A DNA stretch of 37,514 nt, from positions 1-37,514 of the forward strand of contig MRSU01011081.1 of assembly GCA_008369845.1 (NCBI GenBank), given 5' to 3'. How positions within the stretch are numbered: the stretch's first letter is position 1; every line of letters starts with the position of its first letter. Origin of the DNA: Trichomonas gallinae (lineage: Eukaryota). The notes below the pieces were generated by a model that made no database searches, was not told the DNA's origin, and was given only the letters and a program-made list of their open reading frames with translations. The translations under genes were made by a program, and so were the position numbers. Shown here piece after piece: positions 9,214-20,592 of this stretch.

Positions 9214-12200
9214 ATGACTAAGAAAGTTGATGATAAGGCAAGAATTGACCAAAGTCTTGTTGAGGCCAAGAAGCTTATGGCTGGCAATAAACTTGATGAC
9301 TGTGAAAGAACGCTTAAATCTATTCTTCCAACAGTAAATCGAGTTGGATTCAGACAATTAGAAATACATCAGTTTCTCACAGCGCTCAAAATGAAGCAAG
9401 GCAAGAATGAGGAAGCCATTGAAATGGCTAGGAAAGTCTTAGCTTTAAAGCCTGATGATCCATCTGCCTTCAAAGCCCTTCTTACTGCTGGTAGCAATAC
9501 TAACTCAGATGATTTAGTATCAGATTCGATTTTGGCGCTCGAAAAATGCTCACAAGCCGCAAATTTGTTACCAATAATTGCAAAATACATACGTGATAAA
9601 GAAAACGATGATCTTGATAATTCATTCATTAAATTCATTCAAGGACTTCCAAATGAGGAAGCTTGTAAATACATTAAAGCACTTCCAGATAGAGAAGATA
9701 TTTTAGAGTACAGAATTTCACTTTTAAAGCTTTCTCCACCAGATGATGTCGATCAATTAGAAGACCTCGTTTACGCACTCAAAGATTTAGGCGATTTTGA
9801 TGAATGTTGCAAATTCGCCGAAAAACTACCAGAAAATAACGTTCACAGACTATACATAGAAACTTTGTTTGGAGATGATTGTGTTGAAACCGCAAGAAAG
9901 CATATTGCTGCAGGAAAAGAACAATTTGTTAATTTCATTAATTTTTACGAACAGAGCGATGCAAGTAAGATACTCAATGAAGTACAAGTTATTCCCGATT
10001 TCCTCAGTGGTTTTATTCTCGTTCTTGGCTTAATTACAGATAAAGTTCAAAAATCAGCAATTGCTGAAACAATTGCCACGAAATTCCCGAGGTCTCTTAG
10101 AGCTCTAACTGCAGCTGCAAATGCCAAAGAAGAAACGGGCGATTTCAAAGCAATGATAAATATTGCTCAAAAAATCAGTGAAATTTCAAAGAATGAAGGT
10201 ATTAAGATTACTATCCGTGGATATATTAAGACGGGCCAATTCGCTGAAGCAGAGAAACTTATTGAAACTGCAGGAAATTATTCTCAATATGATAAGACTC
10301 AAGTGCAAATTGAATTATGGAAAGTCGACAAAGATTCTAAGAGACTCAAAACTGTTCTCCAACTTCCTGATGAACAGCAATTCGCTGAATTTAAGGCATT
10401 TGCTGCTTTAAATCTTGGAAATGCAATAGATTTAGAGACAGCTAACAAGATCTTCGCTACAAGCTTGAAACTTGATCGTGAAAATGCTGCAATTTATGCA
10501 TATTTCGGAAAATTCATGATAGAATACATGAAAGATGCAGCAAAAGGTGAATTCTTGTTGAGAAAAGCTTTCGAACTCGGCTACAAAGGTCCTGAAGCCC
10601 TTGAACTCGCTGTTGCTGATTATATTAAGAAACAAAATTATGATGAAGCACTTAAACACTGCCAGATGACTCGAGAACCATGGGCTAGACTCAGAAGTGG
10701 CATGATTTACTACAACCAAAGCAAATACGAAGAAGCAGCAAATCAATTGCAACTTTATCTCAAGCAAAAGAGCGATGATCACAATGCTCTCACAGTACTT
10801 GGCTATACATATCTCGCTATGGGTCGTTTGGTCTCCGTTTTGCAGGTTTCTGAAGAATTAGAATCAATTGGTCATCCATGCAAAGAGCTTAAGATTAAAC
10901 TTGACCAGATATATGGTAAAAACATCTTGAAGGATGGAATTTCCGAAGAAACTGTCGAAAATCCACTTTTATTTGCCCCATCACTTCAGCATACAATAGA
11001 TCTCATCAAAAGAATGGTCAAATTCAACAGAGTTGAGGCTGCAATCGAAGTTGTTCACAAAACAGACAACTTTGTCAGCAAATACGTTGAAGAATTCGGT
11101 GATAAACTTTCATCAGTTCTTAAATTATGCGGTGATTACTACATGGAAGCCTTCAACATTACAAAGGATGCTAAATATGCCCAATCTTCACTGCAACTCT
11201 ACATGAAGAGAGCAGAAAAAGACAAACGCGGCGAATGTTTCATCGACGTCGCAGAGATTTTGTTCTCTCTCGGTAAACTCGACCAGACAATCACTGTTTT
11301 AAGGCGCGCAGTGAAAGCATTCCCGGACAACTGGAGTGTTTGGAATTCATTAGGCATAGCTTTCTCCATTTCACAGAGATACTCATTCGCCAAGCATTGC
11401 TTCTGCGTCGCAGCAAAATTGTGCGAAGAAGCAGATAAAGCGAAAGTTATGAACTGCTTCACCTCTTTGTCATATTTGTGCGAGGACCAGATGATGATGT
11501 CCACGTCCGCAGACGAAGCGAACAGACTCGATCCAAACAACGCTTTCTCATGGGAACACAAGGCTATGAGTGGATCCATTGACGAATATTCAGGTGAAAT
11601 ATTATCATTCAAAAATGGAAACGTGAAGACTCCAATAAATATATTACCTGAGCTCTGCATCTACGCGAACAAGCCTCTGGAGTCATTAGGATTCGCATTC
11701 ATGTCCGGCAATAAAGACAAAATCGCTATGGCACTCGAAGCTTGCGGTAAGTATAGAGAAGCAATGAAATTCACAGAAGATGAAGAGACATTAGCAAGAT
11801 TGCGCGTATTATGCGGCGAGAAAGGAACTGGCGTTAAATACTCTAGAAAAGAGAACGAAGAGCTCAGCGATCTCGTTAAAGCGATCAGATCGAACTCAGA
11901 TGATGAAAAGAGCGAGATTCTTCAGTCACTGTTCGATTCATCAGAGCGCCAAGTCTATGACCAGTTGAGGATGAAGCTAGGCAAGGAGACAATGATGCCG
12001 TTCGATAGATTGGCAAATATCCGTCAAGGAGTCCAATACGGCGACAAGAAGACAATCGCTATAGAAGTATACGACAAGTTCGTTGAAGACTTGGATCCAG
12101 TTGTTATCCGCAACTATGTTATCGAGATTCTTAAGAATGATGACCACTACGAGAATATTATGACACCTGTCTTGCAGCTCTGTAAGATCAATGGCTGCAG

Positions 12201-12345
12201 AGATCATATTTTACTTTTAGCTCTTGCTTTGATTCACGTTGGAAACGAACAAGATGCTGCATCTGTCCTCCAGCAGTATGTAATACTCAGACCACAGATG
12301 TGTCGCAAGCTTATGCCATTAATCAAGCGACTTAAAGGAAATTGA
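9214..12345 (+). CDS. SKI3: TPR protein, Ski3/TTC37-like (SKI complex subunit)
   Basis: Multiple TPRs; segments AYFGKF...LRKAFEL, WARLRSG, LGYTYLAMGR and VWNSLG...AKHCF resemble Ski3/TTC37. Confidence 0.7.
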   Translation: MTKKVDDKARIDQSLVEAKKLMAGNKLDDCERTLKSILPTVNRVGFRQLEIHQFLTALKMKQGKNEEAIEMARKVLALKPDDPSAFKALLTAGSNTNSDDLVSDSILALEKCSQAANLLPIIAKYIRDKENDDLDNSFIKFIQGLPNEEACKYIKALPDREDILEYRISLLKLSPPDDVDQLEDLVYALKDLGDFDECCKFAEKLPENNVHRLYIETLFGDDCVETARKHIAAGKEQFVNFINFYEQSDASKILNEVQVIPDFLSGFILVLGLITDKVQKSAIAETIATKFPRSLRALTAAANAKEETGDFKAMINIAQKISEISKNEGIKITIRGYIKTGQFAEAEKLIETAGNYSQYDKTQVQIELWKVDKDSKRLKTVLQLPDEQQFAEFKAFAALNLGNAIDLETANKIFATSLKLDRENAAIYAYFGKFMIEYMKDAAKGEFLLRKAFELGYKGPEALELAVADYIKKQNYDEALKHCQMTREPWARLRSGMIYYNQSKYEEAANQLQLYLKQKSDDHNALTVLGYTYLAMGRLVSVLQVSEELESIGHPCKELKIKLDQIYGKNILKDGISEETVENPLLFAPSLQHTIDLIKRMVKFNRVEAAIEVVHKTDNFVSKYVEEFGDKLSSVLKLCGDYYMEAFNITKDAKYAQSSLQLYMKRAEKDKRGECFIDVAEILFSLGKLDQTITVLRRAVKAFPDNWSVWNSLGIAFSISQRYSFAKHCFCVAAKLCEEADKAKVMNCFTSLSYLCEDQMMMSTSADEANRLDPNNAFSWEHKAMSGSIDEYSGEILSFKNGNVKTPINILPELCIYANKPLESLGFAFMSGNKDKIAMALEACGKYREAMKFTEDEETLARLRVLCGEKGTGVKYSRKENEELSDLVKAIRSNSDDEKSEILQSLFDSSERQVYDQLRMKLGKETMMPFDRLANIRQGVQYGDKKTIAIEVYDKFVEDLDPVVIRNYVIEILKNDDHYENIMTPVLQLCKINGCRDHILLLALALIHVGNEQDAASVLQQYVILRPQMCRKLMPLIKRLKGN

Positions 12346-12829
12346 AAATAAAATGTTTTATTTTTGTGTAATTCTTTATTTTTTATTGAAAAATAGTTTT
12401 AATTGATTAACAGAAACAAAGTTTAAACTATTGATGTTGAGAAAAATTGAAAATTATTGAATTTTGAAGAAATTTGCTTAAAAACAATGTTATATAAGAA
12501 TTTAGCGTTATAGCCAACAAATATCATTATACATCACATTAACTCACTACAATATCATCATATAAAAAATTATTGTGATGAATCAAGAACTGGCTTAGAA
12601 TATTGTAAGACTATATATGACCATGATCTAGGTTATTGTTTGCTGGTTAATAAAATCTTATTTTTTCAATTAATGAAATTTGATAATCTTTGATACTGGA
12701 TATATTTAGATAAATAAAATCAAAAACAAATATTTATTATACTGAGTTGGTTTTGGTTCGATTTTCTTGATGGAATATAAAACGAACAAGGGAATCGATA
12801 AAATAATGATATGATTAACAAAAAAAAAG

Positions 12830-13633
12830 TTAAATTTCAACAGCCTGATCTCCACGGATTGGCTCATCGTTGCCACTAATCTTCTGGTATGCTTGTGCAG
12901 CACCAAGAAGAAGAAATGCGATAACAACAGAACAAATTGCGATAGATGAGTTCACAAAAGCCATAAATTTAGAGAATCCGCTGGAGCTCTTTGAAAGAAC
13001 ATCAAGAAATGTAGCAAGACCAACTGATCCGCTTGTTGGAAATCCGATTGCCAAATATGCAAGCCAACCAATGAAGCAAAACATATAAATTGTCCATCTG
13101 AAAGGAATGTCACGCTTCTGGCAAGAAGAATACAAAACTGCGTAAATATAATTCAAAATTACATAAGCGCCAGCAATTCCTTCAATACAAGCGAACGTAA
13201 AGTTAGAGAGATGCTTGTAGTCGCTCATTCTGACAGAAAGAACTGAGAATAAGTTGAAAATAACAAAAATATTATAAGAAATAAGCAAATAGACGGCCAA
13301 TTTGATTGTATGCCGTGATCCCTGTGGTAAGTCGTTTTCTGGGTCATAGTGGATCAATGGGAAAAATGAAGGCCAATTCGGTGCATTCGTAAAAGTACTT
13401 GCAGTAGCCTGTAATTGACGCTGTTTCTGGAGTAACTCTGCCTCTCTTGCCTTGAGGACTTCAAGTCTAGCCTTTTTGTCCAATGGTAAAGTTGACGGAT
13501 CAAATTTTGGAATTTCGGTAACATTTGCAACAACATTTGGTTTCATTGGCTGAACAGGAGTCGACTGTTCCTTGTGAGTGAACTCTGGAAGCTCAATATC
13601 ATCGGAAACATTGCCAAATGGATTATCGCCCAT
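12830..13633 (-). CDS. SCAMP family secretory carrier membrane protein
   Basis: MGDNPF (NPF motif), coiled coil LKAREAEL, NWPSFFPLIHYD and four TM segments; probable start is ATG 13633. Confidence 0.85.
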   Translation of the reverse strand: MGDNPFGNVSDDIELPEFTHKEQSTPVQPMKPNVVANVTEIPKFDPSTLPLDKKARLEVLKAREAELLQKQRQLQATASTFTNAPNWPSFFPLIHYDPENDLPQGSRHTIKLAVYLLISYNIFVIFNLFSVLSVRMSDYKHLSNFTFACIEGIAGAYVILNYIYAVLYSSCQKRDIPFRWTIYMFCFIGWLAYLAIGFPTSGSVGLATFLDVLSKSSSGFSKFMAFVNSSIAICSVVIAFLLLGAAQAYQKISGNDEPIRGDQAVEI

Positions 13634-13641
13634 TTTGTATT

Positions 13642-13708
13642 TTTGACAATCTGTCATGTAAATTATTTTGTAAAAAATTTGACAAACTGTCATGTAAATT
13701 ATTTTGTC
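13642..13708. repeat. Tandem ~30-bp duplication in the SCAMP promoter carrying TTTACATGACA (minus strand)
   Basis: TTTGACAA(T/A)CTGTCATGTAAATTATTTTGT occurs twice, with a 36-bp period. Confidence 0.85.
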
Positions 13709-15544
13709 ACTGTAAATTTGCTGAGCTCTTATTAAAGCGAGAAATGCAGTATGACTAAATGATACAAGAGATTCATGATGCTATCATACACGTTCTTAAA
13801 TTTCCTGGAGTAAATGTCAAAGAAAAAAAAAAACATAGGAAAGGAAACAGCTTTAGATGAATGTGTGGGGATAAATAGCTCTATCTTATCATTATATGCA
13901 TGGCATATGAATTAAAATTATTTGAAGAATCAATTGAATTGATTGAAAAAAATAATGAATCATTTAATCTCTGAATGTTTCGAATATTTACTTACATGTA
14001 TATGAATTGTTTACATTTGCTTTCTTTGGAAGCAAATGTAAAAACTTTTGATTTGGAGCAATAGAAATTTCCTTAATCCGGTAGTTGAAAGATCCTGAAT
14101 CTTCATCATCTATTTGATATCTGGTGTCGGTCATTTAACGATAATACGCAACATCTATAGATTTGAATTTCAATAATTGTTAGAATCCTTCTCTTTCGAG
14201 TACCAAGTACCTTGCACAACATAAGAGACGTGATAATCAAGATAATTGATATCACAATAGATATTGATTCAATTGATTTTAAGGATACCTTTATTGCAAA
14301 TTGAAATAGTCATTTTATCAGCTAGTTGGTTCAATGATTGAGTTCACGTGTTTTTCTTAATAATGGAAATGGAATATGATGGGGAGCTGATTCATTTTGA
14401 ATGGAACATAGCTTATCTGAATAAAGAAGAAGTGGAATCTAATGAAAACAAGTTTATCTGATCTAATTGGAGAAATTAAATATTAAATTTAATTCTTTGA
14501 ATTTTTGTATATTTAATATCTATGTATCATTCTTGTTTCAATTTCATAAAAATATTGAACATTTCAGGTAATTTTTCCAAAAGGATCATTGGTTTTATGA
14601 TATTTTACGATATTTACATTCTCAATTGATAACAATAAATAAATTTGAACAATTATCAACAATTTAATTTTATTATGATTTTTCTTTGATTTGAGTGAAT
14701 AAATAGCTGTTCACACATATATAGATTCTATTTTTAGATTTTTTGCAATTTTGATAGTATTATCTAACCGTTATTTTTCAAATTGAAAAAAGTCAAGAAA
14801 TGTAAAAAAATTGGATCGAAAATACTATGATAGTATGTGGATATAACCTGTATGTTGATAGATTATCAAATATTCGTATGTAAAACACTTTTTCTTTATC
14901 CAGTTTTCTTTGTTTTTTCATTTTGTATAACAAGTTTTCCATTGAAAAAAAAAAATAAGATTTTAAGAATTATATACTATATTATATATACTATATCAAA
15001 AATGAAAAATTGTCGATTTTCAAGAATTGATTCATCATTTGTCATAAATTGATTTATTTTGTATAGATCTTTATTATTAATTTATCCAACTTTTTTATGA
15101 AAATTATTTTGTTTTCAATGATTTTCAGAAATCAATCACAAAATAATCACAAAAATCTTAGATTTCTATTATTTGAATAAAATTATATATTATTTTTCTG
15201 ATTTCAACGAATAAATTTTTAAAATAAAATTGTAAAAATTAGCACTATTTATATATCTATTTTTATAATATTTTGAAGAACAATAAAATTTACAAAAAAA
15301 TGAAAAACCTTTTAATATTTACATCATGTAGTGTAATATTAATTTGGTTGTGATTTTGAATGCGCCAACAAAATTGTGTTAAATAACGGTGCGTAATTTT
15401 TATTAAATATTAATATATAACTAATAATTAAGTAATAATTCAAAAATTGTAAACTTTTTCGAAATTTTTCTAATTCGTTATGATTCGACATTTAAAACAA
15501 TTAACATTTCGAAAAAAAAACATAAAATTTTTAAAAAAAATTAA

Positions 15545-18205
15545 ATGAGTTACAATACCTATTCTACTTGCTTTGGTGAAACATACAGCTTCGAAGTTCC
15601 AGTGCTGTTCAAAGCCAAATCCACCATGAGCGAAAAAGGAGCAGCGTATTGTGACTCGCAGCTAAATCTATACGATAAAGATTATAACCAGCTGGTTCAG
15701 AGAGATCAAATGCTTCAGCTCATGAAATTTTCGCAGTCGGATAACCCGCAAGACTTCCGAAATGCGGACAAAATGCCTACATATATGTTCCCAAATCACT
15801 TTAATTTCTCGACTCAGGAGTCCTACATCAAAGCAATGTCTCAGTGGTACAAATACATGCTAAAGAAACTCAAAGGCATCTCGATGCCGTACTTTATACT
15901 ATCGAAAGTCTATTTCCCGTCTCGAGCATCAATCGTCGACCCTCAAAGTCACTATTATCGCAAATTCGATGAAACGAAAAACCCCCTCAGACCCAAAAAT
16001 ATGGAATTTTTTCACCGAATGCTGCTTTCGGACGACAGAATGGACTTAGAACAAGAATTTCCTGATCAACTTCCGAAAAAAACAGCAGTTAAAGTTTCTC
16101 ATCAGGTTACCCTTGATTCTCAGTGGCAGGGCTCTTTAATTGTTAAGGAACCAAATCCTCTTATCTATGAATCTTTCGACGATTATTTACTCGCGTACGA
16201 ATCTTGGCACAAGATCGCATGTTTGCAACTCTCAACGCCTCCAATTCCTCCGGATCAGTTCTCGAAATTACTTCGAATCGATAAAAACCTTCATCAAGAA
16301 GAATATCAACGCGAAAATTCGATTACGCATCCAGAAAAGCCGCAAATGATCGATTACTCTTGGGTTTACAAAACAGATCTACCTCAGTGTAAATTTGACC
16401 TCAACGCAATCATAAACGCGCCGAATCGCGAAGAAAAACACGAATCTCATTCTGCTCTCGTTTTCGGAGTTGACAAAGACAAATTTGTCAAATCAATAAA
16501 GAAATATGGTCTCGGAAAGAGGGTTTTAAAGAACCAAGTCGCTGCTTATCCTTTTACTTATATAAGATATCCGGAAAGAAAGCGTGCGACTGATGAACTC
16601 GAGAGAATCCTTTATTCACTGACACCGGAGACGCCCTTCGTCGAGATGATTCGTTTTATTTACTTGAATTATGATCTTGAAAAATTTAGAGCGTTTTGCA
16701 GGATGAAACACGCTGGAACTCACGTCTATATCAGAGACAAAATCGCATATTGCGTCAATCCTTATCATTTGCATAATTTATTCGAAATTGCTGAAAATTC
16801 GCAAGAATGCGCGATTCGCGTCGCTCATTTGCTTTCTGAGCTGACATCTTCAAAGAGATCAGACGAATATTTCGAATACATCATAAATCAGCGAAATTCG
16901 ATGGAAGATCTTTACAGATTCACAAGAATCGCTTGTCTTCTCGCCAATGAGAACCTGGAAATCTACAAGCCGCCGACTTCTATGGATTTCGTCGATAATT
17001 GGATTTACAAAATGCATTATGCTCAAATCTTGACTGAAATTCCGATTTGCGACTATACACTTCCATTCTCGTCCCGTTTGATCAAGATGGCGCGCGAATA
17101 TTTGCTCTATCTGATGAAATGGCTAGATGATACAGATAATATCCTAGATCTCTGGGAATCCTTGAACAGAGACACTCCAAATCAAACTACATACGAGATG
17201 TACATTTTCGCGATGATCCAGCCGGAAATGATCATCCAGAAGATCTTCAAGAACGAATTTTTCCAAAGATTATGTGAATTATCCAGATTTCAGTGCGGCC
17301 GCTTATTCCTTGTTCGCCTGATCTTCAGTGGAACAGGAAAACTGCTCTGTCCGTTTCTTAGGAACAAAGAGCAGCAATTTAGCAAGAAAATTTTAGATCA
17401 AATGAATCAGCAGTGCGCGAATATTCTTTCCATGATGCTGCAGCAATACAGAACATTTATCAACACATTCAACATATATGCGCCGGTCCAGGACCTCACG
17501 AACATTGTTATTAACACAATCAGCAATTACAAGGCTGGATGCAATCTTTACATAAAGAATATCCTCAAGATCATCACAAACAAGAAATTCATCAGCCCGA
17601 AGGACATAAAATACTACGATTCGCTGATTGGATCAATTGTTTGTCAGATTTGCATCGAATCGACAGATGGTAACTACGTGTCCATCGAGGATGCTGTCAT
17701 TTACATATCCAAATGCCTCAAATACCAAACTGCCGCTGACCAAGTTGCGAGATTTCCAGATATCATCTCCTACGTGCTCAGCGAGATGAGCAGCAAGTCC
17801 ATCATCAAGATTTCCAGGGGCTGGAAGTTCTGGCGCCGTCTAACAACGTCACACGAGACTACAAAGAAGTTATTGAAAATGGACAATGTTTCTCGCGCTT
17901 TGATACAGATTTCATCGTCCGAAAATCCTATGATCTTCATGAACTACTGCATGTTCCTATCATACATCGCTGAAAACCAGTATGAAGGAACTCTCGATTT
18001 CCTCTTGATCAAAACTTCATCAACGATTGGCAGATTCGCTTGCACGTGCAAATTGGCGCCCAATATATTCAACGGAAACAAGCAGGTCATAAGAGAAGTG
18101 GACAGAATGATACGAACAATTTTAAGGAACGACAAATCGCGCTTTAAAGCTGATTTATCGTATCATCTCAACTCACTCGGCGTGGATCTCTCGAAATATG
18201 TTTGA
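15545..18205 (+). CDS. Hypothetical 886-aa protein with helical/ARM-like C-terminus
   Basis: Long ORF with coding composition and an ATG after an AT-rich promoter; no recognised catalytic motif. Confidence 0.85.
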   Translation: MSYNTYSTCFGETYSFEVPVLFKAKSTMSEKGAAYCDSQLNLYDKDYNQLVQRDQMLQLMKFSQSDNPQDFRNADKMPTYMFPNHFNFSTQESYIKAMSQWYKYMLKKLKGISMPYFILSKVYFPSRASIVDPQSHYYRKFDETKNPLRPKNMEFFHRMLLSDDRMDLEQEFPDQLPKKTAVKVSHQVTLDSQWQGSLIVKEPNPLIYESFDDYLLAYESWHKIACLQLSTPPIPPDQFSKLLRIDKNLHQEEYQRENSITHPEKPQMIDYSWVYKTDLPQCKFDLNAIINAPNREEKHESHSALVFGVDKDKFVKSIKKYGLGKRVLKNQVAAYPFTYIRYPERKRATDELERILYSLTPETPFVEMIRFIYLNYDLEKFRAFCRMKHAGTHVYIRDKIAYCVNPYHLHNLFEIAENSQECAIRVAHLLSELTSSKRSDEYFEYIINQRNSMEDLYRFTRIACLLANENLEIYKPPTSMDFVDNWIYKMHYAQILTEIPICDYTLPFSSRLIKMAREYLLYLMKWLDDTDNILDLWESLNRDTPNQTTYEMYIFAMIQPEMIIQKIFKNEFFQRLCELSRFQCGRLFLVRLIFSGTGKLLCPFLRNKEQQFSKKILDQMNQQCANILSMMLQQYRTFINTFNIYAPVQDLTNIVINTISNYKAGCNLYIKNILKIITNKKFISPKDIKYYDSLIGSIVCQICIESTDGNYVSIEDAVIYISKCLKYQTAADQVARFPDIISYVLSEMSSKSIIKISRGWKFWRRLTTSHETTKKLLKMDNVSRALIQISSSENPMIFMNYCMFLSYIAENQYEGTLDFLLIKTSSTIGRFACTCKLAPNIFNGNKQVIREVDRMIRTILRNDKSRFKADLSYHLNSLGVDLSKYV

Positions 18206-18588
18206 AATTTCACCCTTTTTTATATATTGTTTATAAATTGTATTTTTTCATCTTATAACTCTAGTATATCTATTAAATACAGGCTATAACCTATAGAATT
18301 TCGTGCTCAAAATGTCTATAAACCAAGTAATCAAAAATTCAAAATTTCGAAATATTTTCGTTTTCGGAAAAGATATTTCGTGATATTTGGGTAAAATAAG
18401 ACGAAAAACATGTTCCAATTTTAGTTTTGTTGAGAGTAATTTTAATTTTATATTGAAAATTAAGGATTTCGCAGGTTATTTTGGATTTTAGCAATAAATT
18501 AGGCTATTAGAGGCTTAATAAAGCAAAGAGTAAAGATTTGTAAAATTTATATTATTTATTCATCACGAAAATAAGTCAATGAGACCAT

Positions 18589-20592
18589 TTAGAAGTGTGG
18601 GAGATCGCTAATGTTTGGAACTGGTGTCTTTGAGTAATAATCAAGGACCTTCTTTGTGCGCTCGACAATACTATCAACTGTGAGACCGAAGTGTTCGTAA
18701 GCCTTGCTAGCTGGGGCAGAGATACCGAATGTCTCGACGCCGAAGTGGACGTGGGAGTATCTGTTCCAGCCCATTGAGATGCCGGCTTCGATGGAAATTG
18801 TTGGGATGTTGCCTGGGAGGATAGACTTCCTGTACTCGAGTGGCTGCTCCTCGAAGATCTCTCTGCATGGCATGGAGACGATTCTGATTGGGAGATCTAA
18901 CTTCTCAGCAGCATCATAAGCGAGCTTGAGCTCTGTGCCTGTGCCAATGTAGATGAGCTTTGGATTCTCGACGTCCTTGATGACGTAAGCGCCCTTGAGA
19001 GCACCGTCGAAGTTGACGCCTGGGACTGGAGGAGCGTTCTGGCGGGAAAGGGCAAGAACAGCTGGGCGGGATGGGCCTGTCATGGCAGCTGTGTAGCAGG
19101 CTGATGTCTCAAGGATGTCAGCTGGGCGGAGAAGGAGAACGTTTGGAATTGAGCGGATGATAGCGAAGTTCTCGACGTTCTGGTGAGTTGGGCCGTCTTC
19201 GCCAAGGCCGATGGAGTCGTGTGTCATGATGAGGATCTGGCGGAGGTGCTCGAGAGCGGCGATTCTCAATGCGCCCATACCGTACTGGATGAAGACGAAG
19301 AATGTAGCGACGAATGGGACAAGGCCTGGGAGACCGTAGAACTGGATACCGTTGGCGATGCCCATCATGCCGTGCTCACGGATACCGAACTCGATGTAGC
19401 GGCCTTCGCGTGATCCTGGCTGGAATGTCTTGATGCCTGTGAGGGCTGTGTTGTTGGATGGTGTAAGGTCAGCAGAGCCACCGATGAGGCCTGGGATGTG
19501 TGGAACCATAGCGTTGAGCATGACGCCGGAAGCAACGCGTGTAGCGACGTTCTTGTCGTCGGCCATTGGCATAAACTTCTTGAATTCCTCGACTGTCCAG
19601 TTTGGATGGAAGATCTGCTCGAGTTCTGAGTACTCTTGTGGGTACTTCTTTCCGTACTCGGCGTACATTGCGCGCCATGCGTCGGCCTTCTTGTGTGCGC
19701 GGTCGGCAACGCCGTCGTAGATCTTGTAGACCTCTTCTGGGACTTTGAAGAAGTCATCGGCCTTGAATCCGAATGTCTCCTTGAGCTTGGCGAGCTGATC
19801 CTTGTTGAGTGGTGTGCCGTGGACCTTTGGAGAGTTAGCAACCTCTGAGCCGAAGCCGATTGTTGTCTTGAGAGCGATCATGACTGGAGCACCCTTATAG
19901 TCAATGGCTTCCTGGATCGCCTTCTCGATAGCGGCGAGGTCTGTGTCTGCGTGCTCGACAATCATTGTGTGCCAGCCGTAAGCACGGTATCTGGCGAGAA
20001 CATCTTCTGTGAATGTGAGTTCTGTGCTGCCGTCGATGGTGATCCTGTTATCATCATAGAGGCAGACGAGGTTATCGAGCTTCTGGTGGCCAGCCCATGA
20101 AGCTGTTTCAGCCTGGACACCTTCCTGGAGTTCACCGTCGGAAACGAAGGCGAAAACCTTGTGGTCGAAGATTGGGAAGTCTGGCTTGTTGAAGCGGGCA
20201 GCCATGTTGAGCTCAGCGGCAGCCATACCGATAGCGTAACCAATACCCTGACCGAGTGGGCCCGTTGTGGCCTCAAGTTCAGGGATAAGGTGCTTTTCTG
20301 GGTGGCCAGCACACCTGGAGTTGAGCTGTCTGAAAGACTTCAAGTCATCAAGGCTGAGGCAGCGGGTGTATAAGTGGAGCATGGTGTAGATAAGGGCGGA
20401 GGCGTGACCTGGGCCGAGAACGAATCTGTCGCGGTTAGGCCAATCCTTCTCGTAAGCCAAGAACTTTGACCATAAGACGTGGGAGGCTGGAGCGAGGCCA
20501 AGTGGTGCACCTGGGTGTCCTGAGTTGGCCTTCGAAACGATATCAGCTGCAAGGCAGCGGATTGTAGAAACTGCAAGCTTGTCTGCTTCCAT
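18589..20592 (-). CDS. TKT: Transketolase
   Basis: SGHPG, NRDRFVL, GHPE, TGPLGQG, SDGELQEG (TPP motif), FGIREHGM and THDSIGLGEDGPTHQ. True start is ATG 20592, with Inr TCATTTTTT at 20601-20610 (minus). Strong codon bias. Confidence 0.97.
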   Translation of the reverse strand: MEADKLAVSTIRCLAADIVSKANSGHPGAPLGLAPASHVLWSKFLAYEKDWPNRDRFVLGPGHASALIYTMLHLYTRCLSLDDLKSFRQLNSRCAGHPEKHLIPELEATTGPLGQGIGYAIGMAAAELNMAARFNKPDFPIFDHKVFAFVSDGELQEGVQAETASWAGHQKLDNLVCLYDDNRITIDGSTELTFTEDVLARYRAYGWHTMIVEHADTDLAAIEKAIQEAIDYKGAPVMIALKTTIGFGSEVANSPKVHGTPLNKDQLAKLKETFGFKADDFFKVPEEVYKIYDGVADRAHKKADAWRAMYAEYGKKYPQEYSELEQIFHPNWTVEEFKKFMPMADDKNVATRVASGVMLNAMVPHIPGLIGGSADLTPSNNTALTGIKTFQPGSREGRYIEFGIREHGMMGIANGIQFYGLPGLVPFVATFFVFIQYGMGALRIAALEHLRQILIMTHDSIGLGEDGPTHQNVENFAIIRSIPNVLLLRPADILETSACYTAAMTGPSRPAVLALSRQNAPPVPGVNFDGALKGAYVIKDVENPKLIYIGTGTELKLAYDAAEKLDLPIRIVSMPCREIFEEQPLEYRKSILPGNIPTISIEAGISMGWNRYSHVHFGVETFGISAPASKAYEHFGLTVDSIVERTKKVLDYYSKTPVPNISDLPHF

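Noticed and set aside
18704..20576. Many overlapping and antisense ORFs within transketolase (similar shadows in other genes)
   Set aside because: Explained by strong GC3 codon bias; no protein motifs.
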